DNA of 60,340 nt from Chloroflexota bacterium (GCA_009692745.1 SHYO01000002.1:1-60340), one strand, 5' to 3'; positions 16,965 through 26,131 are shown, numbered from the stretch's first letter. Numbers and translations: made by a program. The notes: generated by a model from the sequence alone, not told the origin.

Positions 16965-18182
16965 ATGCCCACTGCCGATGAGGTAACAAAAGTACATAGC
17001 CAGGCGCCCGTGCTCATAGCTCATCTGCATATGCAGCGCCGCTTTACACCCGAGAAAATTGAATATGTAGATCCCGGTGAAGATATCTCGTGGCGCCAGG
17101 TGGATATCCCTAAACTGCGTCGTGGCGGGGTGAAGTGTGTCTGGTTGTCGGAAGGAGGGCCAGGGGAATTTTCTGTTGATCCGGAAGCCATGACCCGTGG
17201 CTCGACAGCTCCAAACAACCGGCCGGCGTTGCGCACTGTCTACGTTGGTCCTTCTGAAATCCAGCGCATGCTGCGCGGCTTCGACGCTCTGCAACGTCTT
17301 TGCCGCGCATTCCCCAATGACTTAGAAATGGCAACGTCCGTGCGACAGGCGCAAGACATTGCTGCGCGGGGGAAGATTGCGGTTTTTTGGCATACTGAAT
17401 CCTTGCTCATTGCCAATGATCTGGGCATGTTACGCGCTTATTACGCTTTGGGTATGCGCACTGCGGGCCTGGTGCACGGCTCTCCTCTGGACTGGGTCGA
17501 TGGTGATCTGGAACAGCACGAGCCCAGTGGCTTGACCGAATTTGGCCGCGAGGTCATCCATGAAATGAATACTCTAGGTATGGTAATTGATGTCTCGCAT
17601 GCCTCTCCCCAAACGGTGCGAGATGTGATGCAAGAGACCAAAGACCCGATTGTCGCTTCGCATTCGAATGTGAAGCAACTCTCGCCCATCATGCGGAATC
17701 TCTCGGATGATCTCATCAAAGGCATCGCCGATACCGGGGGCGTGGTCGGTGTTCATTGCTCTTCCGCTTTTGTAGATATACAATGCATATATGGCCGCAA
17801 AGGGCCCAAGGTCCCGGCCTACCGCCATCTAAGGTTGGATATGATTGGTAAAGTGCAAGTCCCAGGGGCAATTGATCCTCTGCGGTTTGAAGCTGACCTT
17901 AAATCCCAAAAGGGAGGGGCGAGCGAGGCTTATTTCCCCAGGGTGCATTTGGAGCGCCTGGTTGATCATCTGGATTATATGGTGAATCTGGCTGGCATTG
18001 ACCATGTTGGTGTGGGCACGGATTTTCAATTTCTGGAAGATGCTGTAGAAGATTTCGATGCTGTTGATAAAGTTCCGAATCTAACAGCGGCGCTTCTCTC
18101 CCGTGGCTATTCTCCCGAGCATACACAGAAGATTCTTGGCGGCAATTTCTTCAGGGTTATGGAGACAGTTTTCGGTGTATAG
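16965..18182 (+). CDS. membrane-dipeptidase family (peptidase M19) protein
   Basis: VIDVSHAS, PIVASHSN and VGVGTDFQF motifs in the order seen in renal-dipeptidase-like enzymes. Confidence 0.8.
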   Translation: MPTADEVTKVHSQAPVLIAHLHMQRRFTPEKIEYVDPGEDISWRQVDIPKLRRGGVKCVWLSEGGPGEFSVDPEAMTRGSTAPNNRPALRTVYVGPSEIQRMLRGFDALQRLCRAFPNDLEMATSVRQAQDIAARGKIAVFWHTESLLIANDLGMLRAYYALGMRTAGLVHGSPLDWVDGDLEQHEPSGLTEFGREVIHEMNTLGMVIDVSHASPQTVRDVMQETKDPIVASHSNVKQLSPIMRNLSDDLIKGIADTGGVVGVHCSSAFVDIQCIYGRKGPKVPAYRHLRLDMIGKVQVPGAIDPLRFEADLKSQKGGASEAYFPRVHLERLVDHLDYMVNLAGIDHVGVGTDFQFLEDAVEDFDAVDKVPNLTAALLSRGYSPEHTQKILGGNFFRVMETVFGV

Positions 18183-18213
18183 CACTATCAGAAATGTTGT
18201 GGCCTGGTAGGGG

Positions 18214-19509
18214 TTGAGTATAAATATTAACGAGCGAATCAGACGCTGGTACAGTCGTTGGATAACTGCCGGTCCTGAGGCCTGGAATATTCGATATCTC
18301 TATCTCGAAATCTTTTGGGCTGGGATTTTCAATGCTGTGGTGGCCTTTAATAGTGTTTTTGCAGTTCGGCTGGGTGCATCCAACGCAGTTATCGGTTTAT
18401 TTACCTCCGTACCCTCGCTGGTTGTTGCTTTGCTAACCTTACCCGCCGGCCAGTTGTTAGAGCGCCGGCGCCCGATTCTGCCTCTCTTTATCTCAACACT
18501 TTTTGTATATCGCCTCGGCTATCTGGCCGTGGCTCTTATGCCCTTCATAGTCATGCAGGGCGGATCCATCGTCTTTGTGATGCTGATTATACTTTTTACT
18601 ATCCCAACACCTGTTTCCAGTGTCGGATTTAACACGATCTTTGCCGAAATTGTGCCTGAGAGACGTAGAGCAGAGGTGCTTGCCTGGCGCAATATCATTC
18701 TCAGTGCGGTAGTCTCGGTAGTAGGATTTATTGCTGGGCAAGCGTTGGATGCTTTCACTTTCCCGCTGAACTATCAGGGTCTTTATATTATCGGATTCGC
18801 ATCCTCCATGGTTAGCCTGTTTATCCTCACCAAGCTGCGGGTGCCAGAAGTGCCGCGCCGACCGCTGCCTGCCGGCAGCAAAGCCCCGGGAATCACGTTG
18901 CCGGGGATAAAAATGTTGCTGGGCACTAATCTTGGCTATCCTCGTATTGTGCTCAATACTCTGATTTATGGTATCGGTACCTGGATGGTATCTCCTCTAC
19001 TGACAATTTTTTATATCCGCACTTTGGGGGCCAGCAATAGCTGGATCGGTTCGTTATCGAGCATTATAAATTTGACCGGCATGGTAGGCTATTTCCTGTG
19101 GCAGAGGTGGATACCTCGCTGGGGAGAGAGACGGATTCTTGCCTGGACGGCGATTGCCAGTGGCTTCTATCCGGCATTAGTGGGTTTGTCACCCAGCTTA
19201 ACTCCCATCCTCGTTTTGGGTGCTCTATATGGCCTGGTAACTCCCGGCTTAAACTTGGCCCACTTTAACACGCTGCTCAAAGTATGTCCCGTAGACCGCC
19301 GCCCCAGCGCTTTGGCGTTGTATACTACAGTCATGAACGTGGGGGCATTTGTCAGTCCTCTGGTGAGTGTGGCTCTGGCTGGTTTCCTTGATATTCGTAT
19401 CGTCTTAATCATCGGATCGGTTTTCTGGGTGGGAGGCGGGATATTGTTCCTGGTACGTTCACCGCAACCTGATCAGCCTCAGGCAGCCCCATCCGTTTCA
19501 GCACCATGA
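18214..19509 (+). CDS. MFS-type transporter
   Basis: About 12 hydrophobic segments. TTG start as given by the ORF track, no in-frame ATG nearby. LPAGQLLERRRP is an MFS loop 2-3-like motif. Confidence 0.7.
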   Translation: MSININERIRRWYSRWITAGPEAWNIRYLYLEIFWAGIFNAVVAFNSVFAVRLGASNAVIGLFTSVPSLVVALLTLPAGQLLERRRPILPLFISTLFVYRLGYLAVALMPFIVMQGGSIVFVMLIILFTIPTPVSSVGFNTIFAEIVPERRRAEVLAWRNIILSAVVSVVGFIAGQALDAFTFPLNYQGLYIIGFASSMVSLFILTKLRVPEVPRRPLPAGSKAPGITLPGIKMLLGTNLGYPRIVLNTLIYGIGTWMVSPLLTIFYIRTLGASNSWIGSLSSIINLTGMVGYFLWQRWIPRWGERRILAWTAIASGFYPALVGLSPSLTPILVLGALYGLVTPGLNLAHFNTLLKVCPVDRRPSALALYTTVMNVGAFVSPLVSVALAGFLDIRIVLIIGSVFWVGGGILFLVRSPQPDQPQAAPSVSAP

Positions 19510-19536
19510 TGGCAGCCGTGGTCTTCTTAAGTTGAA

Positions 19537-19565
19537 TTGACCCCTTGCGGGGGTTGTAGTATATA
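19537..19565 (+). promoter_or_regulatory. candidate promoter: TTGACC (19537-19542), 17-nt spacer, TATATA (19560-19565)
   Basis: Read directly. Lies 40 nt upstream of ATG 19606. The spacer contains the small hairpin ACCCC-TTGC-GGGGT. Confidence 0.4.
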
Positions 19566-19605
19566 TAGGCCGTATGGGAATTTCAGATTCAGGGTGAGGA
19601 AATCG

Positions 19606-20361
19606 ATGGAAGTCCAGGTAGCCGTGGCGAAAGTTCAGAAGTATGCTACCAGCGAGAGTGGCGATACTATCGAAATGATCGAGCGACCCCATGGGGGCAT
19701 CTCGTTTGTAATGGCAGATGGGCAGCGCAGTGGCCGCGGGGCTAAAGTGATCAGCAATATGGTCGCGCGTAAAGCTATTAGCTTGCTAGCGGAAGGTGTT
19801 CGCGATGGAGCAGCAGCACGCGCTACGCATGATTACCTCTATACGCTGCGTGGTGGGAAAGTCCAATCTACACTGGATATTCTCTCCATCGATCTTGTTT
19901 CCCGCACAGTTGTGATTTCACGGAATAGCGTCTGCCCTGTCATCTTTACCCGTCTTGGGATCAATCATTCAGAAAATACTCCGGATGTTCTGCTTGACTC
20001 ACTCAAGACGGAGATGCAACTATTGGACGAGCCTTCTCAGCCAATTGGCGTGTATCCATTGACCAAACCCGTAATTGACGAATTGCCTCTGACCATGGGG
20101 AGTTACCTGGTACTTATTAGTGATGGCGCCTGGACGGCGGGCCAGCGCTTTGGTAACCCGCTAGATCTGCCTGGTCTCGTACACACTTATCTAAATGAGC
20201 CAAATCCATCGGCCCAAGGGCTTACGGACACAATCCTACAGCAAGTTCTTAAGTTAGAGCGGGGTTATCCGGGGGATGATGTTACCATCCTGGTACTAGC
20301 CATTGTGCCACGACAACCTGATGACGAGGCGCGCCGTTTGGCGGTGCGATTCCCCATCTGA
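19606..20361 (+). CDS. SpoIIE/PP2C-like serine phosphatase domain protein
   Basis: Start MEVQVAV (ATG 19606, GAGGAA upstream). ESGDT...FVMADGQRSGRGA...LVLISDGAWT...GDDVTILV matches the metal-binding Asp pattern of SpoIIE-family phosphatases. Confidence 0.7.
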   Translation: MEVQVAVAKVQKYATSESGDTIEMIERPHGGISFVMADGQRSGRGAKVISNMVARKAISLLAEGVRDGAAARATHDYLYTLRGGKVQSTLDILSIDLVSRTVVISRNSVCPVIFTRLGINHSENTPDVLLDSLKTEMQLLDEPSQPIGVYPLTKPVIDELPLTMGSYLVLISDGAWTAGQRFGNPLDLPGLVHTYLNEPNPSAQGLTDTILQQVLKLERGYPGDDVTILVLAIVPRQPDDEARRLAVRFPI

Positions 20362-20365
20362 AACC

Positions 20366-20743
20366 ATGAAAAGTAGCGAAGATGACGCAGGTCCTAAACC
20401 CCGGCTGGCCTTGGTTGGCGTATGTGGTTCCGGAAAGTCGACCGTTGGTGCTTTGCTGCATTTTATGGGTTACGATGTACGTGAACCTGTCCAAGAACAC
20501 AGTGGTATTCCCGATATGTGGCAACTGATGTCAAAACCCGATGTCCTCATTTATCTCGATGCAGATTGGAGCACCGTAAACCAGAGGCGGGACGTTGATT
20601 GGGAACCCACATATATTGAAGAGCAACGGCGCCGATTGGCTCATGCCCGCGCTCATGCCAACCTCTACATTACTACAGATAAATTGACCCCTGAACAAGT
20701 TGTAGCACAGATTCTAACCTTTCTATGTGAAAAATCAGATTAA
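20366..20743 (+). CDS. small P-loop NTPase/kinase-like protein (125 aa)
   Basis: Start MKSSEDD (ATG 20366), 4 nt after the upstream stop. Walker A GVCGSGKST and Walker-B-like VLIYLDAD. Shorter than shikimate/gluconate kinases. Confidence 0.65.
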   Translation: MKSSEDDAGPKPRLALVGVCGSGKSTVGALLHFMGYDVREPVQEHSGIPDMWQLMSKPDVLIYLDADWSTVNQRRDVDWEPTYIEEQRRRLAHARAHANLYITTDKLTPEQVVAQILTFLCEKSD

Positions 20744-20770
20744 TTTCGAGCTAAGGAGCTAAATAAAACT

Positions 20771-21529
20771 ATGCAGAAAAACCCTAGAATAGCTCTGGTA
20801 ACGGGCGCCAGCCGTGGAATTGGTCGGGGCAGTGCGCTGGCATTAGCGCACGATGGATATGACATAGTGGTAAATTATCGTTCGCACGGCGATGAGGCTC
20901 AGCAAGTGGTCCAAGATATCATGAACCTGGGACGCCAGGCCATAGCGATCAAAGCTGATGTAGGTATCCGGCAAGAGGTGGAGACTATGGTTGAGCAAGC
21001 TCTGCACCGTTTCGGTAGACTGGATGCAGTCGTGGCAAATGCAGCCTATTCAGTGCGAGCTCCCTTCATTGAGCTGGAATGGGAAGATGTTAAACGTGTG
21101 GTAGACGTGACCATGTTTGGCGTCTGGCACATTTGCCAATTGGGCGCCCGCCGGATGGTAAAACAGGGAGAGGGTGGTAAGATCGTGATCATCAGCTCCA
21201 TACATGCTGAGCTTCCATTCGTGCGTTCAGGTCCCTATAACATGTGCAAAGCAGGTATCAATCACCTGGGAGCTACCATTGCTAATGAGTTGGCTGCCGA
21301 CCATATTAACGTAAATGTCATAAATCCTGGCTGGATAGATACACCTGGTGAACGCACCTTTTATACTGAGGCCGAAATCCAGGCCGGTGGATCTCGCATG
21401 CCCTGGGGGCGTTTGGGCACCATTGAGGAGATCGGTGCTGCGGTAGCCTACCTCTGTTCACCACAAGCTGATTACATTACTGGATCAGTTCTGCGTGTCG
21501 ATGGTGGTCTCGCCTTGCGCAGAGGTTGA
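20771..21529 (+). CDS. short-chain dehydrogenase/reductase (SDR, FabG-like)
   Basis: TGASRGIGRG cofactor motif, the NAAY region, and catalytic S...YNMCK. Confidence 0.85.
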   Translation: MQKNPRIALVTGASRGIGRGSALALAHDGYDIVVNYRSHGDEAQQVVQDIMNLGRQAIAIKADVGIRQEVETMVEQALHRFGRLDAVVANAAYSVRAPFIELEWEDVKRVVDVTMFGVWHICQLGARRMVKQGEGGKIVIISSIHAELPFVRSGPYNMCKAGINHLGATIANELAADHINVNVINPGWIDTPGERTFYTEAEIQAGGSRMPWGRLGTIEEIGAAVAYLCSPQADYITGSVLRVDGGLALRRG

Positions 21530-21541
21530 TGGGACCAAACC

Positions 21542-22057
21542 ATGGCCTTACAAAAAGATCGATTTCTGATGGGTATTGTCACCGGCGCCGTCGTGCTGAT
21601 TCTATTATCGCTAGGGGCAGTGGTTCTCCGCGGCCAGTCTGGGATGAAATTGCCACCGGAGAATACACCTGAGGGTATAGCTTTCCGCTATTTTGAAGCC
21701 GCCCGCGCCGGTAATCCGGATCAGGCTTTTAATTATCTTTACCAGGGACCCCGCTATCCGTCCAAAATTGAATTCTTTGCAAGCGCCGCTAATTGGGGAA
21801 ATGTCGAAGCCAACGATTCGGCTATCAGTGTCATGTTGCTTTCCAGTCGTGTAAGTGGAGATCAAGCTACTGTTACCTTCAGGGTTACCACCTTTCAGGC
21901 CAGCGGGCCTTTCTCTCAAGGAGAGGACACGCGCCAGGAAATCGTCTCCTTGATTCAAACACCCGAGGGGTGGCGCGTGACCCGCTTTTTCTTCCCGTAT
22001 TGGGATTACCGCTGGGGGAATGACGTGATTTCTCCGCCACCTCCACCCAAAGGTTAA
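21542..22057 (+). CDS. membrane-anchored hypothetical protein (single N-terminal TM, Pro-rich C-terminus)
   Basis: GIVTGAVVLILLSLGAVVL anchor. The soluble part resembles small NTF2/DUF4878-like lipoprotein domains (weak). The antisense ORF 21611-22075 looks spurious. Confidence 0.6.
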   Translation: MALQKDRFLMGIVTGAVVLILLSLGAVVLRGQSGMKLPPENTPEGIAFRYFEAARAGNPDQAFNYLYQGPRYPSKIEFFASAANWGNVEANDSAISVMLLSSRVSGDQATVTFRVTTFQASGPFSQGEDTRQEIVSLIQTPEGWRVTRFFFPYWDYRWGNDVISPPPPPKG

Positions 22058-22060
22058 CTT

Positions 22061-23986
22061 ATGGTAGCTATTCAACGTCTTTACCTATATCTGGTAGCTT
22101 ATATCAGTCTGACGGTAATGGCGCTCGGCGCTAGCAATATCATCAGGGCTTTCTGGCGCGGCAATTATACAGCAGGTGAGATCAGCCTGAACATCGCTCT
22201 AGTGCTCGTTGGTTTACCCATCTATCTGTTACATTGGACCATGGCGCAGCGCCGAGTTCGGCGACATGAGGAACATCGTCAGACCTTTTTGCGCCAGTTA
22301 TATCTTTATGCTGTGCTGGCTCAGGGTGTGGGCGTTTTCTTAAGTCAAGGTACTACGTTCTTGCAACGCCTGCTTTCTTTTGTCCTGGGGGTATCTCCCT
22401 TTCAGGTGTTTTCGTCTCAGGCCTTCGATGAGACTGTGCCGCGCCTTTTCATCTGGGGTCTGCTATGGATTTATCATTACCGGCTGATTAAGGGGGATGC
22501 ACAGCAGGAATTACCGGTGGGTTGGTCAGATACACCACGACGGCTGTATACCTTTGGTTTTGCTTTGTTCGCTCTCGGGCCTATGGCCGGGGTAGGCGCG
22601 TATAATCTGATCCGAGGTTTATTCCAACAAGTATTAGGGCTCTCGAATGGTGAGATATTCGTCCGGTCCCTGGTCAATGCTGTGCCGTTTTTGGTTGTGG
22701 GGGGGCTGGTTTGGCTGACTTTGTGGCAGTGGGCCCAACAACGCGTCGCAGGGTTACATGCTCCGCCGCCGGATGCTTCCGGCATTGCTGAAACGCAAAC
22801 CGTGCTGCGCCGGTTGTATCTTTATGTGGTGGTTTTCGGTAGTGCTCTTATTACCCTATGGTCTTTAAGCCTGATTTTGTACCGGCTGTTCTTGATAGTC
22901 TTAGGGGAGCCTGCCGGGCCGGTAGGCAACGTTTTACGGGATTTTACGGATTCCTTAGCTGCTATCATAGTCGCGGTAGCAATCTGGATCTATCACTGGC
23001 GCATTCTTGAACTTGAGGCTACGCGCCAACCGGAAGCGCCACAGCAAGCCAGTGTCCGCCGCCTTTATTTTTATTTAGTGGCTCTCATCAGTTTGGTACT
23101 TTTTAGCATGGGCATGGCCGGCTTGTGTAACGTGCTGATTCAAGTAGTCGGTCGTTGGCAGGATCTCGGCACTGAGCTTAGCGTTTGGCGCAACCAGGTA
23201 AGTCTTTATACTTCAATGGTAATCGTAGGGATACCCGTTTGGAGTGTCCACTGGCACCGGATGCAAAGCGCAGCATTGGCAGGCTCTGTATCTGGTTTGG
23301 ATGAGCGCCGCTCCCTCTTTCGTAAAATCTACCTCTATTTTTCGGTCTTTGTGGCGGTGGTTACAGTTTTGGGCAGTACTGCCTGGCTTGTGTATAATCT
23401 GTTGCGCGGTATATTAGGAGATCAGAGTTGGGTGAATTTTATTCCCGATCTTGGGCGTGCATTTTCTTATAGTCTCATAGCCACCGTTGTATGGCTCTAC
23501 CATTGGCGTGCTTTACAACAGGATGCTTCCCTGGGAAGCGCAACTAATTTAGTTAAATCAATCGCCATACCAGGGATAGGACCGGTGGTTGCTATCATCG
23601 ATGGCGGAGACGGGAGTTTGGGGGTAGCGCTAATTCAAGCTTTGCGGCAATATTCAGCTTCTATCAGATTGGTAGGCTGGGGATTAACCCCAGAGGCACA
23701 GGTCTCTCTTGCGACTGTGTTGTCTAAGGATATCGCCCAACTTCCGGAGGAGATTATCTTACAGCAGGCCCAGTTCTTAATTGGTCCGCTGGAGATGCTT
23801 ATTCCTGGCAGTTTTTATGGGAAGGTGACACCGGAAGTAGTTCGCAAAATCCAGACAAGTCCGGCTCGCAAATTTTTACTTCCCGCGAGTGGCTATCAGA
23901 TTATTGGGCTCCGCCCCACAAATCGGGAGGCATTAATTGCTGAGACTGTAACTCTTATTTCCGACTCTATTAACATCCCTGAATGA
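22061..23986 (+). CDS. polytopic membrane protein built from six ~75-85-aa two-helix repeats (DUF5671-like) plus a ~150-aa soluble C-terminal domain
   Basis: The motif R(R/K)LY(L/F)Y recurs six times, each followed about 60 aa later by W(I/L)YHWR-like motifs (IYHYRLIK, IYHWRILE, VHWHRMQ, LYHWRALQ). Confidence 0.75.
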   Translation: MVAIQRLYLYLVAYISLTVMALGASNIIRAFWRGNYTAGEISLNIALVLVGLPIYLLHWTMAQRRVRRHEEHRQTFLRQLYLYAVLAQGVGVFLSQGTTFLQRLLSFVLGVSPFQVFSSQAFDETVPRLFIWGLLWIYHYRLIKGDAQQELPVGWSDTPRRLYTFGFALFALGPMAGVGAYNLIRGLFQQVLGLSNGEIFVRSLVNAVPFLVVGGLVWLTLWQWAQQRVAGLHAPPPDASGIAETQTVLRRLYLYVVVFGSALITLWSLSLILYRLFLIVLGEPAGPVGNVLRDFTDSLAAIIVAVAIWIYHWRILELEATRQPEAPQQASVRRLYFYLVALISLVLFSMGMAGLCNVLIQVVGRWQDLGTELSVWRNQVSLYTSMVIVGIPVWSVHWHRMQSAALAGSVSGLDERRSLFRKIYLYFSVFVAVVTVLGSTAWLVYNLLRGILGDQSWVNFIPDLGRAFSYSLIATVVWLYHWRALQQDASLGSATNLVKSIAIPGIGPVVAIIDGGDGSLGVALIQALRQYSASIRLVGWGLTPEAQVSLATVLSKDIAQLPEEIILQQAQFLIGPLEMLIPGSFYGKVTPEVVRKIQTSPARKFLLPASGYQIIGLRPTNREALIAETVTLISDSINIPE

Positions 23987-24033
23987 TGCTCTTTTTACCA
24001 TCCCGAGTCCAATATCTCACATGGGAGTATTAC

Positions 24034-24906
24034 ATGAAAACCGAGCCCCCCCTTTTAGTGTCCATATCGTGGCTGGCGGAGAATCAGAATAATGCTAAAG
24101 TCCGGATTGTCGATGTCAGGTGGTATCTGGCAGCACCGCAAAAGGGATATCAGGAGTATCAAATCAGCCATATTCCCGGTGCAATATTCCTGAGTCTCGA
24201 CAAGGATCTGGCCCGCCCGGCCTACCAAGGCCCGGGCCGCCATCCTTTGCCTACGCCTGAGGAGTTCGCGGCTGTGATGGGCGGCATTGGCGTGGGCTCG
24301 GACGTTCACGTAGTTGCATATGACAGCTCCGGTGGTGGGAATGCCGCGCGTCTTTGGTGGTTATTGCGCTATTATGGTCACGCTTTGGTCAGTTTGCTGG
24401 ATGGCGGTATAGGCGCATGGCAAGCTGCCGGATTACCGCTGAGTCAAGATATACCTCACCCTACCTCGGCTCTTTTTGTGCCAAATCCGCAGCCACACAT
24501 GGTAGTGGATAAAGAAGTCGTTCGTAATATGATTGAGATCCATGAGGGGTTACTTTTAGATGCCCGAGCACGCGAGAGATATGAGGGTAAAGTAGAACCC
24601 GTGGACGCTCGGCCAGGTCACATACCTGGAGCTCGCAACGCCCCGTATGCGGATAACGTGGATGCTGATGGCATAATGCGCTCGGCCCCAGAACTGAGAG
24701 AGCACTATGCTGCGCTGGGTGCACAAGACGAAGAGGAAATCGTGTGCTACTGTGGTAGTGGAGTGACGGCCGCCCTCGACGTATTTGCTTTAACTTTGGC
24801 CGGTTTTCTCAATGTGCGCCTGTATGCTGGCTCATGGAGTGATTGGAGCAGTGATCCAGGGTTACCCGCTGCCATTGGTTCTGCTCCTGCCCCAAGCTTT
24901 AAGTGA
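24034..24906 (+). CDS. rhodanese-domain sulfurtransferase (thiosulfate/3-mercaptopyruvate type, tandem rhodanese)
   Basis: Start MKTEPPLLVS (ATG 24034, GGGAG upstream). GHIPGA appears twice, and the active-site loop is CYCGSGVTA. Confidence 0.85.
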   Translation: MKTEPPLLVSISWLAENQNNAKVRIVDVRWYLAAPQKGYQEYQISHIPGAIFLSLDKDLARPAYQGPGRHPLPTPEEFAAVMGGIGVGSDVHVVAYDSSGGGNAARLWWLLRYYGHALVSLLDGGIGAWQAAGLPLSQDIPHPTSALFVPNPQPHMVVDKEVVRNMIEIHEGLLLDARARERYEGKVEPVDARPGHIPGARNAPYADNVDADGIMRSAPELREHYAALGAQDEEEIVCYCGSGVTAALDVFALTLAGFLNVRLYAGSWSDWSSDPGLPAAIGSAPAPSFK

Positions 24907-24971
24907 TCTTGCATATGGTCAATGTTGCCATACGGAAAGATACGAATTATCCAAAAGGAATCTGAATCCCG

Positions 24972-25340
24972 ATGCCTATCACCCGATTACAAGAGATAAT
25001 CCTCCACGAAGCCTGGCAGCGTTGGGTCGTGAATTTAGAGTTACCTGAGACGAATCCGGACGTAATTCTCGTGCAAGGATATGTACCGGCTTTGGGATCC
25101 AGAGAAGGCTTTATGCTGCCGAAGCGTAGAGAAATCCCCCCGCGAGTGGAATGTTATCGGGTTGCGGGGGTCGTGCGGGTTGTTACGGGATACTATGCTG
25201 ATCGCATCATCTGTGACCCTCTCCAGCGTGAAACGGTAGCATCTGCTATCCGCACCAAACTGGACAGCGCGGGTTTCATATCTTCGGAGCACCTGAAGGA
25301 CGCTTATATGGCGTCATTGTCGCGTTTAGCGCCGCAATAA
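24972..25340 (+). CDS. hypothetical protein (122 aa)
   Basis: ORF only, with a weak AAAGGAA upstream. No recognisable motif. Confidence 0.4.
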   Translation: MPITRLQEIILHEAWQRWVVNLELPETNPDVILVQGYVPALGSREGFMLPKRREIPPRVECYRVAGVVRVVTGYYADRIICDPLQRETVASAIRTKLDSAGFISSEHLKDAYMASLSRLAPQ

Positions 25341-25345
25341 TCTCT

Positions 25346-26104
25346 CTAATATGTGAAACCCGCCAGGTGATGAGCTGCTCCCCAAAGTGCCAGGCTCAAA
25401 ATTGCCAGTGTCAACGCCAGAGGTGTACGGTTGTGATAAGGATGCTGTAGAAAGGCAAAGAGCAGCAGCCAGGCACCCGTTACAAACCAGGTCAATCCGC
25501 TCATACTCAGTCCGATGAGGATTAGCCAAGTGAGCGCACCGGATCCTTGAGCTATTCCCCACACCAGAGGACCGAGAAGTATTATGGGGAGTAGATCTCC
25601 AGTCTGCGTTAGATGGGGAGCATCTGTAGGTTGGGGGGAAGTCCCAGGTGGATGCAGATTTAGGTTGAGTACCGGCAAGAGCAAATGTGTGACACAGGTT
25701 CCGAACAGTGTGCCGGTTATGAGCCGTAGGTCCGCTGTAGGCAGATAAAACCATCTCCAGCCCAAATCGTAAAGTACGGCATTGGCGCCATCTATTACCA
25801 TCGGCATCAATCCCAGCAACAGCACGAAAAGTATTTGTGGATTGGCAAATCCCCAGTTATGCACTCTCCCGGCAAAAATCAGAAGCAACAACGTCAGGGC
25901 AATCCCTATATATACGCCGCTGAGCCGGGTTTCCAAGGGCAATGCATATCCATCGATATACCAGCTATGAGATGCCCTTTGGGGTGAGATCCCGGATGCT
26001 ATCCAGAAGATTGCATGGGGCCAAATCATCCCTATGAGGGAAATCAAGCTGCCGAAGATCAAGAAAAACCGGCCATCTTGCCGTAGATTATTCACAGCAG
26101 GCAA
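25346..26104 (-). CDS. polytopic membrane protein, possibly DUF2085-like
   Basis: About 7 hydrophobic segments. TTG start per the ORF track, so the start is uncertain. The ETRLSGVYIG segment vaguely resembles the CARCTGIY region of DUF2085 but lacks the Cys residues. Confidence 0.5.
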   Translation of the reverse strand: MPAVNNLRQDGRFFLIFGSLISLIGMIWPHAIFWIASGISPQRASHSWYIDGYALPLETRLSGVYIGIALTLLLLIFAGRVHNWGFANPQILFVLLLGLMPMVIDGANAVLYDLGWRWFYLPTADLRLITGTLFGTCVTHLLLPVLNLNLHPPGTSPQPTDAPHLTQTGDLLPIILLGPLVWGIAQGSGALTWLILIGLSMSGLTWFVTGAWLLLFAFLQHPYHNRTPLALTLAILSLALWGAAHHLAGFTY

Positions 26105-26131
26105 TAAGGAATTATTTTGCAGGCAATATCT

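Noticed and set aside
21611-22075. 154-aa antisense ORF opposite 21542-22057.
   Set aside because: The plus-strand product has a TM anchor, sits 12 nt after the SDR stop and ends 3 nt before the next start. The antisense product has no features and would collide with the operon.
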